64,000 nt of DNA from a virus (IMGVR_UViG_3300046837_000396:1-64000), one strand, 5' to 3'; positions 1-8,618 are shown, counted from the first letter of the stretch. Numbers and translations are program-made. Notes: generated by a model from the letters alone, not told the origin.

Positions 1-42
1 CCCTCTCGGTGGTGCGTCCCGATAACCCGGTAGGATTCGTCT

Positions 43-369
43 TCACACATCGAGTTCCTCTTTCGCGATCTCACACAGCAGTTTTGACGCAACCGGGTCG
101 AGCGCGTGAAGGCGTCCGAATGCGGTCCTACGAGTCAGCGGGTACTCGAGCTCGGCCGCCGCGTGAAGTCCCCCGGATGACCCCGGGAACAACTCGAGCG
201 CGAGGTCCGACCAAGGTGCCTTCCGGGCCGAGCTCGACTTCCGGACGACCCCGTCGGTCCCCCGGACGAGCGCGAAGATCCGGTAGAACCCACGCTGGTC
301 CCAGAACGCGCGGCCCGCGCGCCAGTCCCGCAACATGCACCGGTACAGGTGGGCGCGTCGTTCGATCAC
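43..369 (-). CDS. hypothetical protein
   Basis: 108-aa ORF; start overlaps the upstream stop (ATGA coupling). Confidence 0.6.
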   Translation of the reverse strand: MIERRAHLYRCMLRDWRAGRAFWDQRGFYRIFALVRGTDGVVRKSSSARKAPWSDLALELFPGSSGGLHAAAELEYPLTRRTAFGRLHALDPVASKLLCEIAKEELDV

Positions 370-854
370 GCCGGATCCCTTTCGCTCGACAGCTTCCGCC
401 GCATATCCTGCTCGAGTTCGTCGAGCGCTCCCGGGAACGACTCCCGAATGGTCTCGCCGGCGATGGAGCGCCCCAGTACCTGCTGAAACAACCGGTACGC
501 GAGGTTCGTCGGGTCGGCCCGGAGCGGGGCCACTAGGCTCGTTTTCGACAGGCTAGCGAGGCACTCGGCGGTCGTCCCAGGCTTGAGATCTTCATCGCGC
601 GCTACGCGGTCGAGGAGCTCTTGAACGTGGTGCCGGTACAGGCGCTCGTTCCGGAACTCAGACAGCATTCCCGGGTAGAGGATCCGGAACGCCCCGTGGA
701 TCGCATCGGCTCGTTTCGGGTGCGCCCGCTTCGCGCGCGCGATCTCTTTTTCCGCGACCCCCATGCAGTCGAACGCCCACGAGATAGACGACGCGATGCC
801 GGTCTCGACCCCGAGGAGGTGAGCGATGTCCTTCCCGGTAGGGAACGCGCTCAC
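366..854 (-). CDS. hypothetical phage protein (helical)
   Basis: GTG at 854 overlaps TGA at 851; protein-like composition from VSAFPTGK onward. Confidence 0.7.
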   Translation of the reverse strand: MSAFPTGKDIAHLLGVETGIASSISWAFDCMGVAEKEIARAKRAHPKRADAIHGAFRILYPGMLSEFRNERLYRHHVQELLDRVARDEDLKPGTTAECLASLSKTSLVAPLRADPTNLAYRLFQQVLGRSIAGETIRESFPGALDELEQDMRRKLSSERDPA

Positions 855-1123
855 GACTGCGCCTCGATCCGGATCATATCGGTGACGGCGCCCGCGATAC
901 GGGTAGGGGAGCACCCTTCGTGCCGGGACCAGATGACCCGGTCGCTCTCGTAGTCCCAGCAGCCGACCGCGAACCCAACCCACTCGCCCGCAACATTCTG
1001 ATCGACCTCTACCCGGCCGGAGCCGGCCCACCAGCGAACTTCGAGCTCGATGCCGCCCGGGAGCTCGCCCCCCATCGTTCGGGTCGGCTCGGAAGCCCTA
1101 CGGGGCGGGAACGCGGCCCTCAT
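851..1123 (-). CDS. hypothetical protein
   Basis: ATGA coupling with 1120..1353. Confidence 0.55.
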   Translation of the reverse strand: MRAAFPPRRASEPTRTMGGELPGGIELEVRWWAGSGRVEVDQNVAGEWVGFAVGCWDYESDRVIWSRHEGCSPTRIAGAVTDMIRIEAQS

Positions 1124-1353
1124 CGGGCGAGCTCGCGCGAGTACGTGTGGGTCCCGTAGAGCGGGCTCCAGGTCGCGACGAGCGTCCCAGCGCGGTCGAT
1201 CCGAGCCTCGAACCCGCGACCGCGAGCAGCCGTCAGGGCCTCCTCGTAGGAAGCGGTTTCGATCGGCTCGTGCCACGAGAAGTTACAGGAGCGGACCACG
1301 TAGAGGTTGGGATTCTGAACCGTCGTTTTGGCTGCCGTCGTCATCGTCTTCAT
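1120..1353 (-). CDS. hypothetical early protein (leaderless)
   Basis: ATG 6 nt after the -10-like TAGTGT of operator-promoter 1. Confidence 0.7.
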   Translation of the reverse strand: MKTMTTAAKTTVQNPNLYVVRSCNFSWHEPIETASYEEALTAARGRGFEARIDRAGTLVATWSPLYGTHTYSRELAR

Positions 1354-1359
1354 GATCCA

Positions 1360-1396
1360 ACACTAGCGTGTCTAGACACCGTGTCTAGACAATTCG
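1360..1396 (-). promoter_or_regulatory. promoter with tandem GTGTCTAGACAC operator, copy 1
   Basis: Minus strand reads TAGACA-N16-TAGTGT-N6-ATG; boxes at 1368-1379 and 1381-1392. Confidence 0.8.
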
Positions 1397-1405
1397 CATC
1401 TCCCC

Positions 1406-1657
1406 CTAACGAATCTTGAATTGGACCGTGTTCAGCTCAAGATGACTGCCCCACCGGATCGCAGTCCCGCCGAGGTGGACGGTGTCGGTTACGTCGATCC
1501 GGGCGCCCGGTTGGGACTCCTGGATCGTCGGAAGGAGCTCCCGCCAGACATCATGCATCACGAGATGGCCGACCAAGAGCGCTTCGGGCTTCCGACCCGT
1601 TTCGAGCTCGATTAGGCGTGCGAGTGCAATCAACAACCCTACCGTCGGTTTAGGCAT
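1406..1657 (-). CDS. hypothetical protein
   Basis: 83 aa; AGGAG SD upstream. Confidence 0.65.
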   Translation of the reverse strand: MPKPTVGLLIALARLIELETGRKPEALLVGHLVMHDVWRELLPTIQESQPGARIDVTDTVHLGGTAIRWGSHLELNTVQFKIR

Positions 1658-1715
1658 TGTTCTCTCTCCTTTTTTGGTTCACAGCAACCGTACTTTTCTT
1701 CCGCAAAACTTGCGC

Positions 1716-2402
1716 CTACATCCGCATCGGCATGACGACGATCGACCATTCGGACCCATTCGCGGGACACCGGACCGTCCCGAGGAGCGGATCCAGATCG
1801 CTCGCGGGCGGTTGGATCTCGACTCCCGGGTAGAGTTTATCGGTCCCCCGGTCGGAACGTTTAATGATCGTCGGCGGGCACGCCTTCGTCACAAGCGCGA
1901 GGTCCGCCAGGTACGGACCGTTGAAGCAGGCCGTCGCGCCCCCCTTGTGCTTCGGGTCGCGCCGTTCCGGTACGACCGCGTCGAGATGGTTCGGCGCTTC
2001 GTCCGACAGGAACGCCTCGTAGGAGGCGCGGCAGAAGTTCGATCCGGGCGAGATGGGCTCCATCACCTCGACGCGGCACTTCGCGATCTCGGACGCGGAA
2101 CCGGGCCCCGTGATCCGGATCTCGTCCTTCGGAGCCGCATGCTTGATCGCGCTCTCGACGGTCTCGCGCTTAACGCCCTCGACGGGGCGCTCGATCGCGC
2201 GGTCGTGGTCGACCCGCTCCCCCTTCAGGATCGCGCCGCGGTGCCCGTCCGTAGCCCAGCAGCGACCCGTCTTCTGGTCGAGCACCAGGATCGATATCCC
2301 GGGGCGCGTAACATCCGTCGACATGAACGCGAGGAGCGCGACGAGCTCCTGCTTCGAGAAGTGCCAGGTCGTTCGCCCCGATTCGTCTACCGTCGTTTTC
2401 AC
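1716..2402 (-). CDS. truncated beta sliding clamp (DnaN)-like protein
   Basis: DnaN domain II/III motifs STDVTRP, ATDGHR, FNGPYLAD and C-terminal VVMPMRM; only 228 aa. Confidence 0.75.
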   Translation of the reverse strand: MKTTVDESGRTTWHFSKQELVALLAFMSTDVTRPGISILVLDQKTGRCWATDGHRGAILKGERVDHDRAIERPVEGVKRETVESAIKHAAPKDEIRITGPGSASEIAKCRVEVMEPISPGSNFCRASYEAFLSDEAPNHLDAVVPERRDPKHKGGATACFNGPYLADLALVTKACPPTIIKRSDRGTDKLYPGVEIQPPASDLDPLLGTVRCPANGSEWSIVVMPMRM

Positions 2403-2722
2403 GAGACCACCGCCGGTGCATAGGCACGAACGAGCCGCGGTAGGTCGGATAGGCGCGTGCGATGGGGCTCTCGGACGTGCTTATCGAGAGCTTTCCGAGC
2501 TCCCTTAACTAGGGAGCGGAGTTCCGACTTCTCATATAGTCCGATCTCGTCGGCGAGAATCCAAAGTAGATTCGTGGGCAACGAGCGGGCAACGACCTGG
2601 CCGATAATCGTGGTCGTCAGGTACCCGTCCGACCAGCCCTGGACGAGCACGTTATCAGCCGTTCGGCGAGAAAAGATGATATGGGGAGCCGAACATCCAC
2701 ACGAACAATTCGTCGTCTTCAT
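2399..2722 (-). CDS. hypothetical early protein (leaderless)
   Basis: ATG at 2722, 7 nt after TAGTAT. Confidence 0.7.
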   Translation of the reverse strand: MKTTNCSCGCSAPHIIFSRRTADNVLVQGWSDGYLTTTIIGQVVARSLPTNLLWILADEIGLYEKSELRSLVKGARKALDKHVREPHRTRLSDLPRLVRAYAPAVVS

Positions 2723-2729
2723 GAACCTC

Positions 2730-2766
2730 ATACTAGCGTGTCTAGACACGGTGTCTAGACAATTCG
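2730..2766 (-). promoter_or_regulatory. promoter with tandem GTGTCTAGACAC operator, copy 2
   Basis: TAGACA-N16-TAGTAT-N7-ATG; boxes at 2738-2749 and 2751-2762. Confidence 0.8.
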
Positions 2767-2811
2767 ACAGCCTCCGTTGACCTACCTGGGGGACCGGGGG
2801 AGGATCCGGTC

Positions 2812-3543
2812 ATGCGAACTATCTGCGGGGCCCCCGGGATCGAGCACCTAACGCCGGACGAACTACGGGGGTTCTGCGGGACCGCCGACCAACTCTCGAT
2901 ACAGCCGGATTGGCTCGCATGCGTCGTCTCGTTCGAAACCGCCGGGACCTTCAGCCCGAGTCAGCGGAACCGGTGGGCCGTCATCGACGCGCAGAAGCGC
3001 GGCGTTCCGTATCAGGGGGCCGTCGGGCTGATCCAGTTCATGCCCTCGACCGCGAAGCTGCTCGGCACGTCCCCCTACGGGCTCGCCCAGATGACGGTCC
3101 TGGAGCAGCTCCCGTTCGTCGAGCGATACCTCGGCTCGTACCGCGGCCGGATGGACTCGCTCGAGAACACGTACCTGGGGGTCTTCTACCCGGCCGCGAT
3201 CGGACAGGAAGATTCGTGGGTCGTGGCGGCCCGCGATGGGTCGAAGCTGAACAACCACGACACCGTTACGCCGGCGGAGCGGGATCGCTCAAAGGCCATC
3301 TACCGGCAGAACGCCGGGTTCGACTCCGGCGATACCGGGTTCGTCACCCGAGGCGACGTCTGCCGAACGATCCGAGAAGTTCAGTCGCGGGCGGCGCAGA
3401 ATCCTCGCGTCGATGTTCCGGATGCGCCCGTCGACGTCAGCGCGGCCGAGGCACAGGCACGCGGGGCAGAGGCAATCGCGGAAGCGCTTCGGGACGACCC
3501 TTCGATCCTCGACGGCGACGGGAATCCTTCGGATCCCGCATGA
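2812..3543 (+). CDS. lytic transglycosylase/lysozyme-like endolysin
   Basis: SFETAGTFSP (catalytic Glu), GAVGLIQFMPSTA and YRQNAGFD motifs. Confidence 0.85.
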   Translation: MRTICGAPGIEHLTPDELRGFCGTADQLSIQPDWLACVVSFETAGTFSPSQRNRWAVIDAQKRGVPYQGAVGLIQFMPSTAKLLGTSPYGLAQMTVLEQLPFVERYLGSYRGRMDSLENTYLGVFYPAAIGQEDSWVVAARDGSKLNNHDTVTPAERDRSKAIYRQNAGFDSGDTGFVTRGDVCRTIREVQSRAAQNPRVDVPDAPVDVSAAEAQARGAEAIAEALRDDPSILDGDGNPSDPA

Positions 3544-3823
3544 GCCACCGGTAGTTGAGCGTCTGGGTCGTCTCGCGGATCGACTCGGCGGACGCTTCGC
3601 GCGCAGCCGCCCGATAGTCGGGAATGGTTTGGGTCCCCTTCAGCGGCAGAAGCTTCGCGAGAATCTTGGCCTGGACGATCAACATCATGAGGCGCTTCCG
3701 GGCCCCATACGGCATCGTGTCGGGACCGGGTTCGAGCCACGTGTTCCGGAAGGGCCCCGTGTACGTAAGGCCACAATACTCAACCTGCTTCGCGATGCGT
3801 CTCCTACGTGCTTGTCGGCTCAT
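3437..3823 (-). CDS. hypothetical protein
   Basis: ATGA-coupled start at 3823; 3' end overlaps the convergent endolysin. Confidence 0.5.
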   Translation of the reverse strand: MSRQARRRRIAKQVEYCGLTYTGPFRNTWLEPGPDTMPYGARKRLMMLIVQAKILAKLLPLKGTQTIPDYRAAAREASAESIRETTQTLNYRWLMRDPKDSRRRRGSKGRPEALPRLPLPRVPVPRPR

Positions 3824-4152
3824 CGGCGGGCCGGCAGAAGACGCTGAGGGTGGTTCGGGCATCCGTACGCTCGCCCGTTCTCGTCCGTGTGTTCGAGCCA
3901 CCCGATCGAGAACGCGACCTGCCGGGATTCCTCGGCCCCGCACCAGCAGCACCGGACGAGTTCCTTCGGCGACACGACGATCGTCTGGCGTTCCAGCGCC
4001 GGCGTTACCTTCATCTCCGTGATGTGCTCGTACCCCCCGTACACGTTGAGGCGAGCTTCCGCGTCGTCCTGCGCCTCCACGGTACAGGAAAAGGCGTGGA
4101 AGATTCCGATCGCCCCGACCCTACGGCCGATCCCGCTGACCGTGAACTTCAT
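3820..4152 (-). CDS. hypothetical protein with Cys/His motifs
   Basis: MKFTVSG start coupled to upstream stop; CCWC...CPNH. Confidence 0.6.
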   Translation of the reverse strand: MKFTVSGIGRRVGAIGIFHAFSCTVEAQDDAEARLNVYGGYEHITEMKVTPALERQTIVVSPKELVRCCWCGAEESRQVAFSIGWLEHTDENGRAYGCPNHPQRLLPARR

Positions 4153-4475
4153 CCGAACGCCCTCGAGTTCGTATGAAGGCGACGCTGCTGCCTCCGAACC
4201 TTCCCGAGCGTTCGGTGCTGGAGCGCCGCCGCGCGCGAGCTCGCCCAGCTCGGGGGAGGGGGAGGCGAAAGAAGACTCACGAACGAGAGTGCGGTGCCGG
4301 GCGAAGAAGAATGTCGATGCCAGGCATCCCGCGGCACGAACGAGGGACGACTCACCGGATTGGTTCGATCTTTGATCGTCGTTCCGCACGTCGGACACGA
4401 GAGGTAGACGGCAGCGTGAAGATCTTCCGTCTTTAGAGTTCCGACGAACGCTCGGCAGCACGGGTTCTGTTCCAT
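4149..4475 (-). CDS. hypothetical protein (CPTC motif, leaderless)
   Basis: ATG 8 nt after GCGCCATC element. Confidence 0.5.
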   Translation of the reverse strand: MEQNPCCRAFVGTLKTEDLHAAVYLSCPTCGTTIKDRTNPVSRPSFVPRDAWHRHSSSPGTALSFVSLLSPPPPPSWASSRAAALQHRTLGKVRRQQRRLHTNSRAFG

Positions 4476-4499
4476 GCCCCCGGGATGGCGCCCCGGATG

Positions 4500-4519
4500 A
4501 CCGCGCCGCGCGGCGCGGT
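4500..4519. repeat. GC palindrome ACCGCGCCGCGCGGCGCGGT, copy 1 (intergenic)
   Basis: Perfect 20-bp palindrome between divergent genes. Confidence 0.95.
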
Positions 4520-4533
4520 GGTAGGGTTTCGGG

Positions 4534-4821
4534 ATGGGAATCGCGATCTGCCCGAAGTGCCTCGCGAGCGGCGAGGAGCACGACCCGCGGGGATACACGA
4601 AGCGCGCCTGCGGGCTCTGCGGGGGCGAATGCCTGGTCGACCAGGCGGTCCGGCACCGCTGGATGGTCGAGAACGGCCAAGCGCCCTTCGGGCTCGACGA
4701 AGAGGTGACGCGGGTCCCGTGTCCCAGCTGCAATCCCTGCCGGTACTGCGAGAACGAGCGGTTCGTCGACGCCGCGGAAGCGGAAGTGATCCGGGCGCTC
4801 CTGCTGGGAGCCAAGCCTTAA
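4534..4821 (+). CDS. Cys-rich zinc-finger-like protein
   Basis: Four CxxC pairs; TAGGGT-N6-ATG leaderless start. Confidence 0.65.
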   Translation: MGIAICPKCLASGEEHDPRGYTKRACGLCGGECLVDQAVRHRWMVENGQAPFGLDEEVTRVPCPSCNPCRYCENERFVDAAEAEVIRALLLGAKP

Positions 4822-4823
4822 CG

Positions 4824-5015
4824 ATGCTGCCGTGCGGATGCACCAGTGAGGCCCCGTGCCCGGCGGCCGCTTGGCTGTTCCGACGCCAGAAGGTCCGGGG
4901 GTACGAGCTTCATCTCCGGTATGCGGTCGAGCGCCAGGAAGCGGACCTGCGGCGGGACGAGCGACGACGCGCGGCCGATGCCGCCCGGCTCGCCCGAATC
5001 GTTACGCGGTTTTGA
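4824..5015 (+). CDS. hypothetical protein
   Basis: Starts 2 nt after the previous stop. Confidence 0.5.
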   Translation: MLPCGCTSEAPCPAAAWLFRRQKVRGYELHLRYAVERQEADLRRDERRRAADAARLARIVTRF

Positions 5016-5060
5016 CCGACCTGGTTGCGGGGTCCGGGCGCGGCCCGCTACCCAGTAGGG

Positions 5061-5420
5061 ATGCAGACACGGCTCGTCGGTCCCGACCACGATATCCCGA
5101 TGGCGATCCTGCCGAGCGAAGCCAAGGGGGATTTGCCGGCGCTCGACCCGGTCCAGTACGCGGTCGTCCTGACGGATCGAAAGCAGATCGTTGGGTTCCT
5201 CCGGTACGAGTTCGATGAACTCGGTCAGCTTTGTGACGCCGGGACGTGGGTCGCGAGTTCCCTACGGGGCAAGGGCATCGGGTCTCGACTGTGGAGGTAC
5301 CTGCTCCGGAAGGCTCGCCCGCGGGCCGTCTGGGTCCGGGCCGTCACGCCGGGCGGGCGCGCCCTCATCACGGGGCTCGTCCGCGAGTTCCCCCGGATCC
5401 GCTGGACCGTCGCTGGGTAA
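5061..5420 (+). CDS. GNAT-family acetyltransferase
   Basis: TWVASSLRGKGIGSRL acetyl-CoA motif A. Confidence 0.8.
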   Translation: MQTRLVGPDHDIPMAILPSEAKGDLPALDPVQYAVVLTDRKQIVGFLRYEFDELGQLCDAGTWVASSLRGKGIGSRLWRYLLRKARPRAVWVRAVTPGGRALITGLVREFPRIRWTVAG

Positions 5421-5507
5421 AACGGGGAACGGCTGTATTCCAACCTTCGGGATAGACGCGGTGGTGGGTGCCCCCGCGGCAGTCCTGGGCGCGTTCCCCG
5501 CCGCCCT
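5415..5507. ncRNA. candidate structured RNA
   Basis: CGGGGAACG (5423-5431) pairs with CGTTCCCCG (5492-5500) and encloses internal hairpins; strand uncertain. Confidence 0.4.
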
Positions 5508-5561
5508 GTTGTCTTATGGCGCCTAGTTACACACGACGCGCAACGACCCGTTCGAGACAAC

Positions 5562-5846
5562 TCAATTCGGTTTCCGAAGCTCGTGTTCGACTAGGTTCAC
5601 ACCCGCCTCCGCGGACCCTCGCGCGACGCTGAGGAACCCAAGCGCGTTCCGGAGCACGAACCGGCACGCCATCGCTTCCCTCGACGAGAGCACTACCTCG
5701 CCGTCGTGGAGGAGCACGGTCTCGTCGCCGGCAGCGAACGACCCAGCGTAGCGACCGCCCTTCGTCACATACAGACCCCGCGGATCGTTCTCGCGATCCG
5801 TCACGATGAGCAGGACGTCCTCGAGGACCGAGACGACAACAATCAT
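5562..5846 (-). CDS. hypothetical protein
   Basis: ORF with AGGA SD-like sequence. Confidence 0.55.
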   Translation of the reverse strand: MIVVVSVLEDVLLIVTDRENDPRGLYVTKGGRYAGSFAAGDETVLLHDGEVVLSSREAMACRFVLRNALGFLSVARGSAEAGVNLVEHELRKPN

Positions 5847-5988
5847 CGCGGCTTCCTGTACTGCCGGTATGCCTCGCGGCCATTGAGCCACGCTCGGTGA
5901 CACGCGTACCCGAGAAGAAACAACAGAGCTACGTCGCTCACGACCTGCGAAAGTTCCCCAGCGGAATAGGCGATGTTCATCACAACCG

Positions 5989-6210
5989 TCACGTTCCCTC
6001 CGCGTCGAAGCAGTAGTCGGTTCCGGTCCCCTGCTCGGGATCCGCGGCGTCGACGCGGTCGAAGATCTCGTTGGCGGTCCGCTCGAGGTGTTCGGCCTGC
6101 TCGATGTCGTGGTCCGTCAGGACCTTCCGCGGGAACGCGTAGTCGTCCCGGATCGCCTCAGCGTCGCGACTGAAGACCCACCCGAGCTGGGCGAGAAGAC
6201 GCGCCGTCAT
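5989..6210 (-). CDS. hypothetical protein
   Basis: ATGA coupling; GAGG SD. Confidence 0.6.
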   Translation of the reverse strand: MTARLLAQLGWVFSRDAEAIRDDYAFPRKVLTDHDIEQAEHLERTANEIFDRVDAADPEQGTGTDYCFDAEGT

Positions 6211-6358
6211 CGGAACCTCGGGAACGAGATGCCGCCTCGGTGCTCGACCCACGCGCCCTCGACCTGCCGACGACGCCACTCGTGTTCGGCCATCAACTGC
6301 CGGTACGGGGTAAAGCCCCCAAGTTGGTGCCAGAGCGCCCAGTCGAGTTTCCGCGGGA

Positions 6359-6628
6359 TCACGCGGACCTCCGGGGGCGGTGGAACCGAACTCGCCCGTC
6401 GTAGCTGACCCGGGCGACCAAGCACCCTTCGCGGTCCAGGACGTCGCCGTGCCCGGTATAGTCGCCGCGTCCGCGCCGGACATCGGCGGGACCGATCCCG
6501 CGTTCGGCCTGCCACCGCACGAGCGCTTCCTTCGCCTGATGAACCGACTCGACCTTCAGGTCGAACGCGAACCCGTAGGCCGCAACCGGCTTCACGACGA
6601 GCCGGTAAGGGCGGTCCGCGAGCCTCAC
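6359..6628 (-). CDS. hypothetical phage protein
   Basis: 89 aa; GTGA coupling; VARVSYDGRV. Confidence 0.65.
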   Translation of the reverse strand: MRLADRPYRLVVKPVAAYGFAFDLKVESVHQAKEALVRWQAERGIGPADVRRGRGDYTGHGDVLDREGCLVARVSYDGRVRFHRPRRSA

Positions 6629-6795
6629 GAAAACACGTCCTGATCCGAGAAGATCATGTAGGTGCCGGTTTCGGTCCTGACCCCGTACTGGAGTTGACCG
6701 GAAAAACTCCCGTAAAGCTTCTCGACCTTACCCGGCATCGAAAACCCAACCGAACGCCTAACCCGGCAAAGGACCGGGGTTCCGATCGCGATCAA
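6625..6795 (-). CDS. small hypothetical protein (SH3-like?)
   Basis: 56-aa ORF not in the track; coupled at both ends (TTGA/GTGA). Confidence 0.5.
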   Translation of the reverse strand: MIAIGTPVLCRVRRSVGFSMPGKVEKLYGSFSGQLQYGVRTETGTYMIFSDQDVFS

Positions 6796-7094
6796 GACGC
6801 TCTCCCGAGAATCTCGCGGAGTTCCGCGTTCCTCGCGTGCTGACGCGCTACCGCGCCCTGTTGAATCGCCCAGCCGATCCGGGACTGGATCGCGCTCATC
6901 TGGGCCCAGCGGAAGTCTCGAACCTCGGAAGGCTCGTGCCCGACGAGTCGGTTACCGGCCCGGTAGGCAGCCTCGACGGCCCTGTAGAGCGGCTTCGGGT
7001 CCGCGCCGTCCGCGACCGCGTGAAGGAGACGCGAAGCCTTTCGGCGAGCCGCCTCGAACGCCTTGATTCGTTTCTCGATAGTGTCGTCGGTCAT
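6792..7094 (-). CDS. hypothetical early protein (leaderless)
   Basis: ATG 6 nt after TAGTAT. Confidence 0.7.
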   Translation of the reverse strand: MTDDTIEKRIKAFEAARRKASRLLHAVADGADPKPLYRAVEAAYRAGNRLVGHEPSEVRDFRWAQMSAIQSRIGWAIQQGAVARQHARNAELREILGRAS

Positions 7095-7912
7095 GATCCA
7101 ATACTAGCGTGTCTAGACACGGTGTCTAGACAATTCGTCGCCTCCAGGACAGCTTCCCGAAGCCTACACCGGAGCTGGACCTCGATCTGCCGGATTCGTT
7201 CCCGCGAGACCCCGAGCTGCGCCCCGAGCTCCCGGAGCGTCATGGGATCCTCCGCGAGGCAACGAGCGTCGAAGATCACCCGATCCCGCGGCCCGAGTGA
7301 CCTGCGGAAGCGCCTGATGGCCTCCCGGCCTAGCTGGAGCCGTTCCTGATCCCCCAGCGCGTCCTCGGGGCTCCCGGACGGGTTCTCGAGGCAGTCACCA
7401 AACGTCACGCCCTCGAGGCCATTGCGGGCCGGACCTTCGGTCGAGATCGACCGGGTCGCGAGCAGCGGCAGGAGTGCGCGGGCCCGCCCGATCGGCATCC
7501 GGGCCGCCTCCGACATCTCGTCGGGCGATTGGCTCTTGGTCTTCCGCCACCACCTGAGCGCGGCCCGCTCCCGAGCGCTCTGACCGATCCGGACGCACCG
7601 GTGAAGCCGGAAGACCGCGTCCTGAACCTTCGAGCTACAGGCGGTTGTCGCGTAGGTCGAGAACCGGATCCCGCGGGCCGGGTCGAACGACTCGAGCGCG
7701 ATCAGGATTCCCTCAACCGCATGCTGGACGAGGTCGTCGACCGGGATCCCGAAGAACCGGTACCGGCGAGCCGTCAGGGACGCGACCCAAAGGTGCCGGC
7801 GTACGAGCTCGTCGCGCGCACTCCTATCCCGCTGGTTTAGTTTCCTGAAGAGTTCCTGCTCCTGCTTGCGCGTCAGCGGTTCTGTCGTCCCGTACAGGTA
7901 TTGGGGGCTCAT
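7091..7912 (-). CDS. RNA polymerase sigma-70 family factor, RpoH/SigB-like
   Basis: Region 2 (DDLVQ...FDPARGIRFSTYA) and region 4 (TLRELGAQLGVSRERIRQIE). Confidence 0.92.
   Translation of the reverse strand: MSPQYLYGTTEPLTRKQEQELFRKLNQRDRSARDELVRRHLWVASLTARRYRFFGIPVDDLVQHAVEGILIALESFDPARGIRFSTYATTACSSKVQDAVFRLHRCVRIGQSARERAALRWWRKTKSQSPDEMSEAARMPIGRARALLPLLATRSISTEGPARNGLEGVTFGDCLENPSGSPEDALGDQERLQLGREAIRRFRRSLGPRDRVIFDARCLAEDPMTLRELGAQLGVSRERIRQIEVQLRCRLREAVLEATNCLDTVSRHASIGS
7101..7137 (-). promoter_or_regulatory. promoter with tandem operator, copy 3 (inside the sigma gene 3' end)
   Basis: Boxes at 7109-7120 and 7122-7133. Confidence 0.8.
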
Positions 7913-8304
7913 CTCGGCACGTACGTGAAAACGTTGTGACCCGGCACGTCCGGGAACTTATCCGCGTTGAGGAGCTCGATCTGTTCAGCCCGGAATAGAG
8001 GAGCCGAGTCACCACTCTGAACGAACTTCAGTTCGATCCCACACCACTCTGCCACAACGGTATGACCGCCCGCGTACCGGTCGTGCTCGCCGTGACCGTG
8101 CGAATCTGAGTCCCCGTAGGAATACGCGACGGTCCAGACGACGTCCTTCGCGGCCGCGAGGCGATCGAGAATCGACTTCGATTCGGGATGCCTCTCGAAG
8201 CACCACCGATACGCGTCCCGCACGAGCATACGGGTGTCGTAGCGGCCGATGACGGTCGGATCGTTCAGTCGAAACTGCTGCCCTCGATACAGAAAGTTTT
8301 TCAT
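7909..8304 (-). CDS. hypothetical protein
   Basis: MKNFLY start, coupled. Confidence 0.65.
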   Translation of the reverse strand: MKNFLYRGQQFRLNDPTVIGRYDTRMLVRDAYRWCFERHPESKSILDRLAAAKDVVWTVAYSYGDSDSHGHGEHDRYAGGHTVVAEWCGIELKFVQSGDSAPLFRAEQIELLNADKFPDVPGHNVFTYVPR

Positions 8305-8618
8305 CACGAACCTTTTGGCTCTTCTTGGTCGGTCGACCCGTAGATGGCTTCGTCCCCGGACTCGGTGTGGGCGACCCCGATCGTGCCGCCGCGCGACCGA
8401 ATCGCGGTCTTCCAAGCCTCGGCGATCTTCGCCCAAACGCTGCGGTTCGGGCGCCCGTATCCGTCTGGACCGAGCAGGAGCCGACCGCCGTGCGGGCACA
8501 TCGATCCCCACCAGCAGACCTGGCTACAACCGGCCGGATATCCGGCTTCGCGCGCGATCCGGGCCTGGTCGGTCATCAGGAGCGCGAGCGCTCGCGAGTA
8601 GTCGGGATCGTCTTTCAT
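8304..8618 (-). CDS. hypothetical protein
   Basis: Coupled ORF with GGAGG SD. Confidence 0.6.
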   Translation of the reverse strand: MKDDPDYSRALALLMTDQARIAREAGYPAGCSQVCWWGSMCPHGGRLLLGPDGYGRPNRSVWAKIAEAWKTAIRSRGGTIGVAHTESGDEAIYGSTDQEEPKGS

